This document shows, piece by piece, positions 15,549 through 25,937 of a DNA stretch of 35,998 nt. The position numbers and the translations under genes are program-made. The DNA lies in the IMG/VR virus record IMGVR_UViG_3300046820_000193, positions 1 through 35,998 of that record; one strand, 5' to 3'. Position 1 is the stretch's first letter, and every line of letters begins with the position of its first letter. This stretch comes from a virus (Duplodnaviria; Caudoviricetes). The notes under the pieces were generated by a model. The model had not been told where the DNA came from. It ran no database searches and was given only the letters and a program-made list of their open reading frames with translations.

Positions 15549-16161
15549 TGGAGCTGATTTTGGTGGTGAAGATATAGCCGAATTTGGTGTAGTAAATGGA
15601 GTTATAGAGCAGTATGGCGCTACTCTATTGACTAATATAGACAAATTTGCTAAGGCAAAATCACTAAGCGCATCTGGTGAATTATTGAGCAATATGATCC
15701 CAGAGATAGTTAATGAGAATGGCATTACTATCTTTAGGCTAAGGATGCTGGATTATTATGATTACCCAAATGAAGGGGTAAAGGGTGTAAGATCAAGTGC
15801 GAATGCTCCAGGATCACCTTACCAGTATAAAAATTATGGCATGCCAGAATCTGGCAGAGCATCACTAAAAAGATATATATTAAGTGGAAAGGCTAAGGTG
15901 AGTAGTGTGATGAATGACAAAGCATTAGGAATAGGTGGTGAGAGAAAGGGTGTGAGATTTGCAGAAAAGAAAAGCTTAATAGATAGGCAAGTAGATACGC
16001 TAGCTTACCTTATTAAGCGTTTTGGTATCAAGACTACTAACTATTTCACAGATGCCTTTAATGAGACATTTAAAGATTTTGAGGTTAAAATGGCGGAAGC
16101 CTTAGAGACTGATATAGTAATAACATTTGAAAGAATAAATAAGAGAAATGGCAATAAGTAA
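15505..16161 (+). CDS. Putative neck/tail completion protein (HK97 gp10-like)
   Basis: ASGELLSN, DYYDYPNEG, IKRFGIKTTNYFTDAF motifs. Confidence 0.5.
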   Translation: MSININRAQREALASGADFGGEDIAEFGVVNGVIEQYGATLLTNIDKFAKAKSLSASGELLSNMIPEIVNENGITIFRLRMLDYYDYPNEGVKGVRSSANAPGSPYQYKNYGMPESGRASLKRYILSGKAKVSSVMNDKALGIGGERKGVRFAEKKSLIDRQVDTLAYLIKRFGIKTTNYFTDAFNETFKDFEVKMAEALETDIVITFERINKRNGNK

Positions 16162-17281
16162 TTTAGCATATCCATCTGGTACACCAACTTGCCAGGATGC
16201 CTTATGGCATGTATTTAATACAAGCGTGACTGGTGTAACAGATTTTAGATATGTATTTGATGTATTTGTAGGAGGTGTGCAGCAATCTAGGGTGAAAATT
16301 TATCCAGAGCCATCTAATAACCAGGGGTACTTTGATGCTGGACCTATTGTGCGTAATACCATGACCTATGAATGGTTTGAGCCTACAGATAATATCTTGA
16401 CATGTGAGCCTAATGTAAGTGGCCAGGCAGCTCAGACTTATCAATATAGAATCGGTGAAGAGTATAGCGGTGTAACATATTTAAACTTAGTAAGTGGTAA
16501 TGTGACTGCTTATAATTGGAGCGCACCTTTATTAAAGAGAAGAGTATCTGATATTACTGCATATAACAATAAAGCAATGACTACCAGGCCAGCTAAGATC
16601 AATGCAAGCATAGGAGATAATATATTCATTGGCGCTAAGGATGTATCTGGTTTGACTATTGTAACATATAATCAAAATAATACACAGATCACTAGTACTA
16701 CATTTAACCTAGGTGGTGTTAAGCCATTTGCTGAGCTTAACATAGGATCACCAGCATTAAATAAATCTACTACAATTATAGATAGCAGCGTTAAGTATTA
16801 TACTGCTACTATTGGTACATCTGTATTTACTATTTACTTAGACTGCAATCCAAAGTACACAAGCTATAATCTACATTTTATGAATAGATTAGGCATGTTT
16901 GATACTGCTAAATTTGGTTTGGCTAGCAGATTGAATCTTAATGTAGATAGAAAAGAATTTGAGAAGAGAGACTATACATTAGGATCTAATAGTGTGACAT
17001 ATTATAACACAAATAATAAATATAATGCTGGTAAAGTTAATTACTTGAATCAGCGTGATTATGTGTGGAGATTGACCATGGATGCGCCTACAGATGCAGA
17101 GTATGAATGGCTAGAAGAGTTAATCTACTCACCTCAGATTTTTATGGAGATAGAAGGGTATTACTATCCAGTAACTATCGCATTAAATAATTTTGAGATT
17201 AGCAAGTATGTAAATAATAGATTAAGAGTATTAGAGTTAGATGTAAAGATGAATACTAAAAGATATAGCCAATTAAGATAA
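16148..17281 (+). CDS. Virion structural protein (distal tail/baseplate region)
   Basis: Beta-rich; FMNRLGMFD and WLEELIYSPQIF; directly precedes the tail-tip gene. Confidence 0.6.
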   Translation: MAISNLAYPSGTPTCQDALWHVFNTSVTGVTDFRYVFDVFVGGVQQSRVKIYPEPSNNQGYFDAGPIVRNTMTYEWFEPTDNILTCEPNVSGQAAQTYQYRIGEEYSGVTYLNLVSGNVTAYNWSAPLLKRRVSDITAYNNKAMTTRPAKINASIGDNIFIGAKDVSGLTIVTYNQNNTQITSTTFNLGGVKPFAELNIGSPALNKSTTIIDSSVKYYTATIGTSVFTIYLDCNPKYTSYNLHFMNRLGMFDTAKFGLASRLNLNVDRKEFEKRDYTLGSNSVTYYNTNNKYNAGKVNYLNQRDYVWRLTMDAPTDAEYEWLEELIYSPQIFMEIEGYYYPVTIALNNFEISKYVNNRLRVLELDVKMNTKRYSQLR

Positions 17282-17282
17282 T

Positions 17283-20200
17283 ATGACTAGAATATTTATT
17301 GAGGGATATGAGCTTGATTTAACAGAAGGTCTTAGTAACCAGATTACTTATGCTATTGATGATCTACAAAATCTAGATAGCAAAAGCACATCATTTACTA
17401 AGACTATTGTACTACCTGGTACTACTAATAATAACAAATTATTAGGTAACATTTTTGAGTTTAATAGTGCGAACTTTTATAATCCAGTTAGTGATAATGT
17501 TTTATATAATTTTAATGCTGCCGTTAATGCAAAAGCCAGAATAGAATTAAATGGCTTACAGATCATGAAGGGAGTTTTAAGATTAATAGAGATCATACAA
17601 AATGGAGATGCAGTAGAGTATGAATGTGCGATATTTGGTGAGCTAGGTGGATTTGTTACTGCATTAGGCAATAAGAGACTAGAGGATCTAGATTTTAGCG
17701 CATATGATCATACCTATAATGTATCTACTATTGTGGGTAGCTGGACTAATACACCAGGATCTGGGTACTGCTATCCATTGATAGATTATGGTAATGTAAG
17801 TACTGGTGCATATGGTACTGCAAAAAAAGACTTTCAATTCAATACATTTAAGCCAGCCTTATATGTAAAAGAATATCTAGATAAGATTTTTGCTGGATCT
17901 GGATATACATATGATTGCCCATTTTTTAGCGAGGCTAAATTCAAGAGATTGGTTATACCAAATAACCAGGCTATTTTACAAAAGAATAGTAATGTGCAAT
18001 TAGAGGCCACACCAGAACTAAAGGCTTATACTGGATCTGGCTCTGCATTTAATTTAAGCTTTGTACCTACCACATTAGGTAGCTTTACTTTGACCAGCTC
18101 AAATACTTTATTTACTTATACTGGTACATCTAAAGCAATGAACTTAACCTTTAGATTAAATGGTATTTGGGTGCTAGGTAATGCTGCTAATGTAAGATTA
18201 AAAAAGAATGGCACTACTATAGCTAGCTATTTTATTGGTGCTGGCTTTAGTTCAAATTATTTTTATTTAACATTATCATCAAGTAATAATACTATTAACA
18301 ATGGTGATACATTACAAGTATCTGTAGAATGGACTGGATCAGTAAGCTATCAGATGCAAGTGCTAGATGGTGCTTTTGATATTAGCACTACTACAAGTAG
18401 CTTAGTGCCTATTAACTATAATGAATCATTACAGATCAATAATACTATTCCTAAAGGTATATTTCAAAAAGATTTCTTTATCTCTATATTGAAGATGTTT
18501 AATCTTTTGGTGACTGAGGATAAATATAAAACTAATCATTTAATTATCTCACCTTATGTGGATTTCTGGGATGGTAGCCAGGTAGATTGGAGTAATAAGC
18601 TTGATAGAGAGAAAGTGATCAAGCAAAAACCAATGAGTGAGATAAATGCTAGATACTACAATTTAAAATACAAACAAGACAATGACTACTACAATGAGGA
18701 ATATCGTAAAAAATATAGTGAGGGATATGGTGATAGGATCTACGATAATGGTCTTGAATTTGTTAAGGATACTGAACAAGTAGAAGTTATTTTTAGCTCA
18801 TCTGTATTATATAGTGCAACTGGGCAAGATAAAGTTTTCCCAGCTATTTACAAGAAGTCTAATGAGAATACTAAAGAAGATCCAATGGATCATAATGTGC
18901 GCATTATGCAGACATCATATCAGACTGGTGTAGCATCATGGACTATTTATAACGGAGCTACAAGCTTAGGATCTAGAACTGATTATCTTTATGCTGGGCA
19001 TTTAGATGATCCAGATGCTCCTACTCAAGATATTAACTTTGGCGCACCTCAGCAGCTTTATTTTACATTGGCTACTGGTGACCTTAGTAATAACTTATTT
19101 AATACATACTACTCTACTTATTTAGCTGAGATTACAGATAAAGATAGTAGATTACTTACTGGATATTTTAAGCTTACAGATCAAGATATTTTTGATCTTG
19201 ACTTTGGTAGATATGTGCATATTGATGGTGGCTTATATAGATTAAATAAAGTAATAGATTTTACACCAGAGGCTAATGATCTAACTAAAGTAGATTTATT
19301 AAGAGTAATAGAAAAAAATACTGCTACTTATGATGCTACACCTCAGTGGGCATCTCAAAATTATAATACATGCGTATCTTGTAATACTTACATAGTTTAT
19401 AGAGATGTAAATCCATACTCTGCTACTTTTAATGAGTACAGAGTAAATGGTGTTAATGTGGGCAATACTGCGCCTACAAACGGATCTTGTAATACTGCTG
19501 CACAATGGACCAGCCAAAGTTATAGTAGCTGCTATAATTGTGTAGATTCTTTAGTGTATAGAGATACTAATGTATGCTCTCCTACTTATCAGAATTACAG
19601 AGTAAACGGAGTGAATGTGGGTAATACTGCGCCAACTGAGAGTACATGTAATTTTGTACCTAACTGGGTGAGCCAGTCTTATAATACATGCTCAAATTGT
19701 AGCACATATTTAGTTTATAGAGATACTAATCCATGCTCTCCTAGCTATAATAATTACAGAGTGAACGGAGTGAATGTAGGCAATACTGCGCCATCAAATG
19801 GTGCGTGTGTAACTACTGCTCAATGGACTAGCCAGGGGTATAATACATGCTCTGGGTGTGTGACTTATTTAGTATTTAGAGATACTAATCCATGCTCTCC
19901 TAGCTATAATAATTATAGAGTGAATGGAGTTAATGTAGGTAATACTGCACCTAGCAATGGTGCGTGTAATTATACTGCAAACTTAACAAGCCAGGGTTAT
20001 TATACTTGCTCTGGGTGTCAAAATTACCTAGTTTATAGAGATACTAATCCATGCTCTGCTACCTATAATAATTATTTTAGAGGTGGTGTGAATGTGGGTA
20101 ATACTGCACCACCTAGTGGGGATTGTAATGGATCACCTATCCTTACTAGCCAGGGTTATACCACATGCTGGGGATGTACTGAGTATATCGTTTATAGAAA

Positions 20201-20876
20201 TACTAATCCATGCTCTCTTACTTATTTGCGCTATTATGTAGGCGGTGAGGACCAGGGTACAACTGCTCCACCAGACAATTCATGCGATTATGGACCTAAC
20301 TGGGTTAATCAAAACTTTACTACTTGTATAGGATGTACGAATTATATAGTATATAGAGACTTAAATATATGTTCATCTACTTACTTAAATTATCAAGTAA
20401 ACGGAGTGAATGTAGGCAATACTGCGCCATCAAGTGTACCATGCAATACTGCACCTAACTATGTTAATGATGGATCAAATACTATATGTATGGGATATGA
20501 TCTACATCAAAGAACTATAGATAATAATCCATGCTCTTCTACTTATGGATTCACTGGTGTAGGCGCATTGATCCAGGCTAATTCTCCATCATGTGGATAC
20601 ACTACTGCTACTTTTACTGCTAGAGCATCACTTATAGGATCAGCAGAGGTTTGCGCTGGTGGTGAGTATGGTGCAATTTCAGTACAAGTAGTAGGCACTA
20701 ATATGTGCGATTGTACTCAAATAATTAGTATGCCTAGTGCAGTTTGGGCAGATATGCTACCAGATGATGAGTTCTGGTTAAATCAAAGAATAAGCGGTGT
20801 ATTTAAATATAGGAAATTTAGGAGAAACGGATCAGCAAATAGTGCAGTACCTATAGAATCATGTGGAGATTGTTAA
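17283..20876 (+). CDS. Tail tip/baseplate hub protein with C-terminal Cys-rich repeats
   Basis: N-terminal LDL...SFTKTIVLPGT..NN and YPLIDYG motifs typical of Bacteroidota phage tail-tip proteins; repeat array from about residue 688. Confidence 0.7.
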   Translation: MTRIFIEGYELDLTEGLSNQITYAIDDLQNLDSKSTSFTKTIVLPGTTNNNKLLGNIFEFNSANFYNPVSDNVLYNFNAAVNAKARIELNGLQIMKGVLRLIEIIQNGDAVEYECAIFGELGGFVTALGNKRLEDLDFSAYDHTYNVSTIVGSWTNTPGSGYCYPLIDYGNVSTGAYGTAKKDFQFNTFKPALYVKEYLDKIFAGSGYTYDCPFFSEAKFKRLVIPNNQAILQKNSNVQLEATPELKAYTGSGSAFNLSFVPTTLGSFTLTSSNTLFTYTGTSKAMNLTFRLNGIWVLGNAANVRLKKNGTTIASYFIGAGFSSNYFYLTLSSSNNTINNGDTLQVSVEWTGSVSYQMQVLDGAFDISTTTSSLVPINYNESLQINNTIPKGIFQKDFFISILKMFNLLVTEDKYKTNHLIISPYVDFWDGSQVDWSNKLDREKVIKQKPMSEINARYYNLKYKQDNDYYNEEYRKKYSEGYGDRIYDNGLEFVKDTEQVEVIFSSSVLYSATGQDKVFPAIYKKSNENTKEDPMDHNVRIMQTSYQTGVASWTIYNGATSLGSRTDYLYAGHLDDPDAPTQDINFGAPQQLYFTLATGDLSNNLFNTYYSTYLAEITDKDSRLLTGYFKLTDQDIFDLDFGRYVHIDGGLYRLNKVIDFTPEANDLTKVDLLRVIEKNTATYDATPQWASQNYNTCVSCNTYIVYRDVNPYSATFNEYRVNGVNVGNTAPTNGSCNTAAQWTSQSYSSCYNCVDSLVYRDTNVCSPTYQNYRVNGVNVGNTAPTESTCNFVPNWVSQSYNTCSNCSTYLVYRDTNPCSPSYNNYRVNGVNVGNTAPSNGACVTTAQWTSQGYNTCSGCVTYLVFRDTNPCSPSYNNYRVNGVNVGNTAPSNGACNYTANLTSQGYYTCSGCQNYLVYRDTNPCSATYNNYFRGGVNVGNTAPPSGDCNGSPILTSQGYTTCWGCTEYIVYRNTNPCSLTYLRYYVGGEDQGTTAPPDNSCDYGPNWVNQNFTTCIGCTNYIVYRDLNICSSTYLNYQVNGVNVGNTAPSSVPCNTAPNYVNDGSNTICMGYDLHQRTIDNNPCSSTYGFTGVGALIQANSPSCGYTTATFTARASLIGSAEVCAGGEYGAISVQVVGTNMCDCTQIISMPSAVWADMLPDDEFWLNQRISGVFKYRKFRRNGSANSAVPIESCGDC
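19344..20600 (+). repeat. 159-nt (53-aa) tandem repeat, 7 full units plus 1 degenerate
   Basis: Units start at 19344, 19503, 19662, 19821, 19980, 20139, 20298, 20457; consensus W.SQ.Y.TC..C..Y.VYRDTNPCS.TY.NYRVNGVNVGNTAP....C. Confidence 0.95.
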
Positions 20877-20899
20877 TTAAGATAATATTTATATAAGAA

Positions 20900-22594
20900 A
20901 TGGCAAATAAAAAGACAACGATAGCAGCAGAGATACAAGTAAATACTAAGTATTCTGGCAAAACTATAGGTGAGTTAAAAGAAGAGATGAAAGATCTCAA
21001 AAAAGAGATTGATAAGACCACCAAAGGATCAGATGAATTTAATAGATTAAATACTGAGATAGAGCAATTATCTGGCTATTTAAATGGTACTACTAAGGCT
21101 GCTGCTGGATCAGTTAAAGAATTAAAAGAGTTAAAGGCTCAGTTAAAATTAACTGCTGCTGGATCTGCTGAGTTTAAGGAGTTATCTGCCAGAATCAGAG
21201 ATGTAGAAGATGGTATAGAGAATGCTAAAGCTGGTGCTAATGATTTTGCTGGTGCATTAGAGCAAGCAGATGGACCAGTGGGAATGCTAGGTAAAGGTAT
21301 CAGACAATTAGAGATAGCTACATCATCATGGAGCGCTGCTTTAAAAGCTACTGGTATAGGATTGCTTGTAGGATTAGTAGGAGGCTTAGCTGCCGCATTC
21401 GCAAAGAATGAAGGCGCAATGAAAAAACTAGAGCCTATTGCTACTCAATTTGGTAGGATCTTAAATGGTATTTTAGGAGCTATGAAGCCTTTAATAGATG
21501 GCTTTATAAATCTAGCTACTAAGGCTATGCCATATGTAAGCAAAGCATTTGAGGTAGCCTATAGTACATTGTCTGCATTTTTACAAAGCCTAGGCAAAGT
21601 AGGTGAGGCAGTAGGCAAAATATTAAAAGGTGATTTTGCTGGTGCGTGGCAAAGTGCTAAAAGCTCAGTAACAGACTTTAAAAAGAATTATGATGAGGCA
21701 CAGAAAGGATTTGTAGCTGGTACTAAAGAATTAACAGACAAAGAGAAAGAGGAACTAGAGAAAAGAAATCAAGCAAGAAAAGAAGCTTTAGAAAAGCAGA
21801 AAAGATTAAATGATGAAAAGATAGCAGAAGAGCAAAGAGTACAAGATGAGCTATTAAAACAAGAAATAGCTGCATATGAAAAAAGACAAAAGGAGCGTAA
21901 AAAATTAAGCACAGAAACCATAGGCCTAGATGGTTTAACTGATACAGAAAGAAAGGAAAAAGAAAAAATGGATGCTGATAGAAAGGCATTCGTAGATAAG
22001 AAAAAACTAGAATTAACAGAGGATCTAAATAAAAAACTTGAAAATGGTACTATAAAGCTTAACCAGTCCACTTTAATAAGTGACATGGAGACCACTAATG
22101 CTAAAATAAAACTAGCAGAAGAGGAGAGGCAATATAGAGTAGGAGCAGCATTAGACATCTCAAGTGCTATGCAATCTTTGGGATCTATTGTAGGAGAGCA
22201 GACTGCTGCTGGTAAGGCATTAGGTGTAGCATCTGCTTTGATTAATACTTATATTGGAGCATCTGAGGTAATCAGAGCAAAGTCTGTATTACCAGAGCCA
22301 TTTGGTACTATTTCTAAGATTGCCAATGTAGCAGCTATTGTGGCTACTGGTTTAAAAGCAGTTAAATCTATCACATCTGTGCAAGTGCCTGGTGCTACTG
22401 GTGGCGGTGGAGGTCAAAATATTAATAGCAATTTTGCAGCTCCATTATCACCTCAAGCATCTGTAACTACTTTAAATCAAGCTCAAGTAAATCAAATAGG
22501 CAATATAGCAGCTAAAGCATATGTGGTAGAGAGTGATGTAACTGGTAACCAGGAGAGAATCAGAAGATTAAATAGAGCAGCTAGAATCAGCTAA
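20900..22594 (+). CDS. Tape measure protein
   Basis: Coiled-coil, Ala/Gly-rich, ALKATGIGLLVGLVG hydrophobic stretch, KGDFAGAW, terminal KAYVVESDV. Confidence 0.8.
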   Translation: MANKKTTIAAEIQVNTKYSGKTIGELKEEMKDLKKEIDKTTKGSDEFNRLNTEIEQLSGYLNGTTKAAAGSVKELKELKAQLKLTAAGSAEFKELSARIRDVEDGIENAKAGANDFAGALEQADGPVGMLGKGIRQLEIATSSWSAALKATGIGLLVGLVGGLAAAFAKNEGAMKKLEPIATQFGRILNGILGAMKPLIDGFINLATKAMPYVSKAFEVAYSTLSAFLQSLGKVGEAVGKILKGDFAGAWQSAKSSVTDFKKNYDEAQKGFVAGTKELTDKEKEELEKRNQARKEALEKQKRLNDEKIAEEQRVQDELLKQEIAAYEKRQKERKKLSTETIGLDGLTDTERKEKEKMDADRKAFVDKKKLELTEDLNKKLENGTIKLNQSTLISDMETTNAKIKLAEEERQYRVGAALDISSAMQSLGSIVGEQTAAGKALGVASALINTYIGASEVIRAKSVLPEPFGTISKIANVAAIVATGLKAVKSITSVQVPGATGGGGGQNINSNFAAPLSPQASVTTLNQAQVNQIGNIAAKAYVVESDVTGNQERIRRLNRAARIS

Positions 22595-22628
22595 AAGTAC
22601 ACATACCTCAAAAATTATATTTAATATT

Positions 22629-23669
22629 ATGGATTTACCTATTTACGAATTAAAAATACAAGAGGATCTAGGTGATAGCGCTGAGGTATCATATATAGCA
22701 TTGGTAGATAAGCCAGCTATACAAAAGGATTTTGTAGTATTTAATCAAGACTTTGTGCAGCCATCTAAAGGTGAAGGTAAGGATGCCTTCTTGCCTAGAT
22801 GCATTAAGTATGTGATAGATGAGGGCAAAGAATCAGAGCAAGCGGTGGCTATCTGTAATAGTATCTGGGAGCAGCATTTCGCTGAGGATAGCTATACAGA
22901 CTATCCAGAATCTGCAAAGAATGCTGCTGAGCGTGGGATCAGATTAAATGAGGAGCTTAATAATAAATGTGCTACTCAAGTAGGCAAAGTAAGAGCGCAG
23001 CAGATCATGAATGGAGAGCCTTTATCTAAAGAAACTATCAAGAGAACATACTCATTTTTAAGTAGAGCAAAGGCATACTATAAGCCAGATGATAAAGAGG
23101 CATGTGGCACTATTAGCTATTTATTATGGGGTGGTGATTCTATGTTGAGATGGTGTGAGAGTAAAATGAATAACGAGGATTTTGCAAGCCTTAACATGAG
23201 CTTTGCAATCCAGGATGAAGATAAGCATATTATATCTGGACCATTAATGCTAGCAGATGAGCCTATCTACAGAAATAATAGCAAATTTGGTGAGCATTAT
23301 GTGATCTTCAAACCAGATACAATTAAGGATATATCTATCAAGTTTGCAAAGAAAGGCTATCAGCAAAATGTAAACTTGATGCATGATAGTGACATGAGAT
23401 TAGATGGTCTGGTAATGTTTGAAAGTTTTATAGTAGATCGCTCTAGAGGTGTATTGCCTATGGAGGGATTTGAAGATGCAAAGGATGGTAGCTGGTTTGG
23501 ATCATTCTATGTAGAGAATCCTCAAGCATGGCAATTAATCAAAGAGGGTAAAGTAAAAGGATTCAGCGTAGAGGGATTTTTTGATTATGCTTTACCAGAT
23601 AATAGAGAGAAAACATACGCAGAACAAAAGCTAGCAGAGTTAGCAGAATTATTAAAAGTACCTTATTAA
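22629..23669 (+). CDS. Prohead protease (XkdF-like) with inserted domains
   Basis: IALVDKPAI, NLMH, FESFI, GSWF, WQLIKEGKVKGFSVEG; upstream of scaffold and capsid genes. Confidence 0.85.
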   Translation: MDLPIYELKIQEDLGDSAEVSYIALVDKPAIQKDFVVFNQDFVQPSKGEGKDAFLPRCIKYVIDEGKESEQAVAICNSIWEQHFAEDSYTDYPESAKNAAERGIRLNEELNNKCATQVGKVRAQQIMNGEPLSKETIKRTYSFLSRAKAYYKPDDKEACGTISYLLWGGDSMLRWCESKMNNEDFASLNMSFAIQDEDKHIISGPLMLADEPIYRNNSKFGEHYVIFKPDTIKDISIKFAKKGYQQNVNLMHDSDMRLDGLVMFESFIVDRSRGVLPMEGFEDAKDGSWFGSFYVENPQAWQLIKEGKVKGFSVEGFFDYALPDNREKTYAEQKLAELAELLKVPY

Positions 23670-23690
23670 ACAATTTAATATATAATCAAT

Positions 23691-24299
23691 ATGAAAGATG
23701 CACAAACAATTTTAAGCCAAGTACAACAATTCTTTGCAGAATTAGTTAAAGGCGAAGAGAACTTTGCTGATACCATGCCACCAGTTTCTGGTACACCAGA
23801 AGCAGCTCCAGTAAAAATGATGGAGGCTAAATTAAAGGATGGTACAATGGTAGAAGTTACAGAGATGGCAGTAGGTGGTGTAGTTACTATCGCTGGCGCT
23901 CCAGCTCCAGTAGGAGAGCATATGCTAGAAGATGGCACTATGATTGTTTTAGGTGATAATGGTGTGATCATGGAGATCAAGCCAGCAGAATCTGAGGCGA
24001 AAGTAGAAGTAGAAGTAGAAGCTTCTAAAGTAGAAGATGAAATGAGCGCAAAATTTGCTGCTTTTGAATCAGCTACTAATGAGAAATTTCAAGCATATGA
24101 AGAGAAGTTTGCACAATATGAAGGCAAGCTTACTCAAGCTAATAAAGTTATTGAAGGCTTGATGCAGATTAGCAAGATGCTTGTAGAAGCACCTCAAGCT
24201 GCACCAGATGCAAGTGTAAAGACAAGTAATGCTTTTGCTACAGATAAAAAAGATGTAAGAGCAGAATTTGCTGAATTTTCAAAATCAATTTGTTCATAA
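23691..24299 (+). CDS. Capsid scaffolding protein
   Basis: Acidic; L.DGT twice, PAPVGEHMLEDG, C-terminal coiled coil; lies between protease and capsid genes. Confidence 0.75.
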   Translation: MKDAQTILSQVQQFFAELVKGEENFADTMPPVSGTPEAAPVKMMEAKLKDGTMVEVTEMAVGGVVTIAGAPAPVGEHMLEDGTMIVLGDNGVIMEIKPAESEAKVEVEVEASKVEDEMSAKFAAFESATNEKFQAYEEKFAQYEGKLTQANKVIEGLMQISKMLVEAPQAAPDASVKTSNAFATDKKDVRAEFAEFSKSICS

Positions 24300-24315
24300 T
24301 TAAAAATTAAATAAA

Positions 24316-25275
24316 ATGGCATTATCATTTAGCGGAATAAGCGCATATACTAAACAAGAAATTGCGCCTTTATTAACCGAAGCAGTATTTGCTGCAAAAA
24401 CACAATCTTTGATCAAGTCTGGTGGTATCTTATTACCTAAGACTAAGTCAAGCGTAGCAGTTCCAAAATTAGCTACTAATGCAAACTTTCAAGCTGATGC
24501 TTGTGGATGGAATGCATCTGGTACTACTACTATCTCTCAAGCTACTATCGCAGTAGGTAAGATTAAAGTAGAAGAGGCAATCTGTACTAAAGATTTTGAA
24601 GCTTACTTTACTCAAGAAGCTTTGAAAGCTGGATCTACTTATGAAGATTTTGGATGGGCAGAATTCTCTACAAAGTTCACAGAGCAAAAAAATAAGATGA
24701 TCGCTAAGCAATTAGAGATTGGTTTATGGCAAGGTGATACAGATTCTACAAGTGAGAATTTAAAGCGTTTTGATGGTTTAATCAAGATCATTGATGCTGG
24801 ATCTCCAGTGAATGCAAATGTATCTGGTTATGTATCTGGTGGCCCTATCGCTACTATTACTGCTGCAAATGTAGTAAATGTATTGAATGGTGTTTACAAA
24901 GCTATTCCAGTAGAAATCATTGATGCAGAAGATTTGAAAGTATTTGTAGGTAATGATGTTTACAGATTAGCAGTATTAGCTTATCAAGCATTAAACTTAT
25001 ATAATTATAAGGTAGATGGTGATGCTACACAAACATTCATCATCCCAGGTACTAATGTAGAATTAGTAGCAGTAAACGGATTGAATGGTACTGGTGATGT
25101 ATATGCTACAACTTTATCAAATATCGCTATGGCATTTGATTTAGAAGCAGAAGAAGAGAACTATAAGATTTGGTACTCTCAAGATTTTAACGAAGTTAGA
25201 TATAGAGTAGCATTCAAATTAGGTGTTGGTGTAGCTTACACATCATTATGTGTGAAGTTCAAATCAGCGATCTAA
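24316..25275 (+). CDS. Major capsid protein
   Basis: 319 aa after the scaffold; WQGDT, FDGLIK; followed by a strong terminator. Confidence 0.85.
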   Translation: MALSFSGISAYTKQEIAPLLTEAVFAAKTQSLIKSGGILLPKTKSSVAVPKLATNANFQADACGWNASGTTTISQATIAVGKIKVEEAICTKDFEAYFTQEALKAGSTYEDFGWAEFSTKFTEQKNKMIAKQLEIGLWQGDTDSTSENLKRFDGLIKIIDAGSPVNANVSGYVSGGPIATITAANVVNVLNGVYKAIPVEIIDAEDLKVFVGNDVYRLAVLAYQALNLYNYKVDGDATQTFIIPGTNVELVAVNGLNGTGDVYATTLSNIAMAFDLEAEEENYKIWYSQDFNEVRYRVAFKLGVGVAYTSLCVKFKSAI

Positions 25276-25293
25276 TTATAATATTAATCAAGA

Positions 25294-25325
25294 AAGGGTG
25301 GTGAAAAAAACACCACCTTTTTTTT
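25294..25325 (+). terminator. Rho-independent terminator
   Basis: GGTGGTG-A7-CACCACC followed by T8. Confidence 0.9.
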
Positions 25326-25339
25326 AAAATTTTTTTAAC

Positions 25340-25858
25340 ATGGCATGTGCAATTACAAGCGGCTATTCAATAGATTGTCGTGAAAATATCGGTGGTGTAA
25401 CTGCCGTTTATGTTGCTGAATTTGGCAACATTTCTAGTATTGCTGAGGTGAGCGGTTTGGTTACTGGTATCACTAAAGCTGCTGGAAAGCGTTTTTATAA
25501 GTTTGAAGTGCCTAGGGCAACTGCAAATACATCTTCTAATGCTACTGCATCTGAGGAGAATGGATCTGTATTCTATACTCATCAAGTGGTACTACCTCTT
25601 AACAAGAGAGATAGCACTACTGCAAATGTAGTAAGAACATTAGCTAAGAATAAGTTAATGGTAGTAACTTTAGATATGGATGGCAATTATAGAATGTACG
25701 GAGCTGATCGTGGCTTATACTTAGCATCTACTGAAAGTGGATCTGGTACTGCTGCTGGCGATCGTAACGGATACAATATTACTTTGACTGGTGTAGAGCC
25801 AGATGATTTCTTACAAGTTAGCGCTAGTGTAGGTGCAGCGCTAGAGACTGCTGGTTAA
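25340..25858 (+). CDS. Major tail (tube) protein
   Basis: MAC..T.G..IDC...GG, ENGSVFY.H, SGTAAGDRNGY.ITLTG.E pattern; followed by a terminator. Confidence 0.75.
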   Translation: MACAITSGYSIDCRENIGGVTAVYVAEFGNISSIAEVSGLVTGITKAAGKRFYKFEVPRATANTSSNATASEENGSVFYTHQVVLPLNKRDSTTANVVRTLAKNKLMVVTLDMDGNYRMYGADRGLYLASTESGSGTAAGDRNGYNITLTGVEPDDFLQVSASVGAALETAG

Positions 25859-25893
25859 TCTTTAGTTATATACTAGAAGCAGTTATTTATTTT

Positions 25894-25924
25894 GCCCTAC
25901 CTACTAGATGTGGGTAGGGTTTTT
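25894..25924 (+). terminator. Rho-independent terminator
   Basis: GCCCTACCTAC-loop-GTGGGTAGGGT followed by a T run. Confidence 0.85.
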
Positions 25925-25937
25925 AAATTTATAGAAG

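Noticed and set aside
19344-20600. Repeat array as CRISPR or a DGR template/variable pair
   Set aside because: The repeats are in-frame coding units differing at synonymous sites, with no spacers, no adenine-specific pattern and no reverse transcriptase or cas operon.
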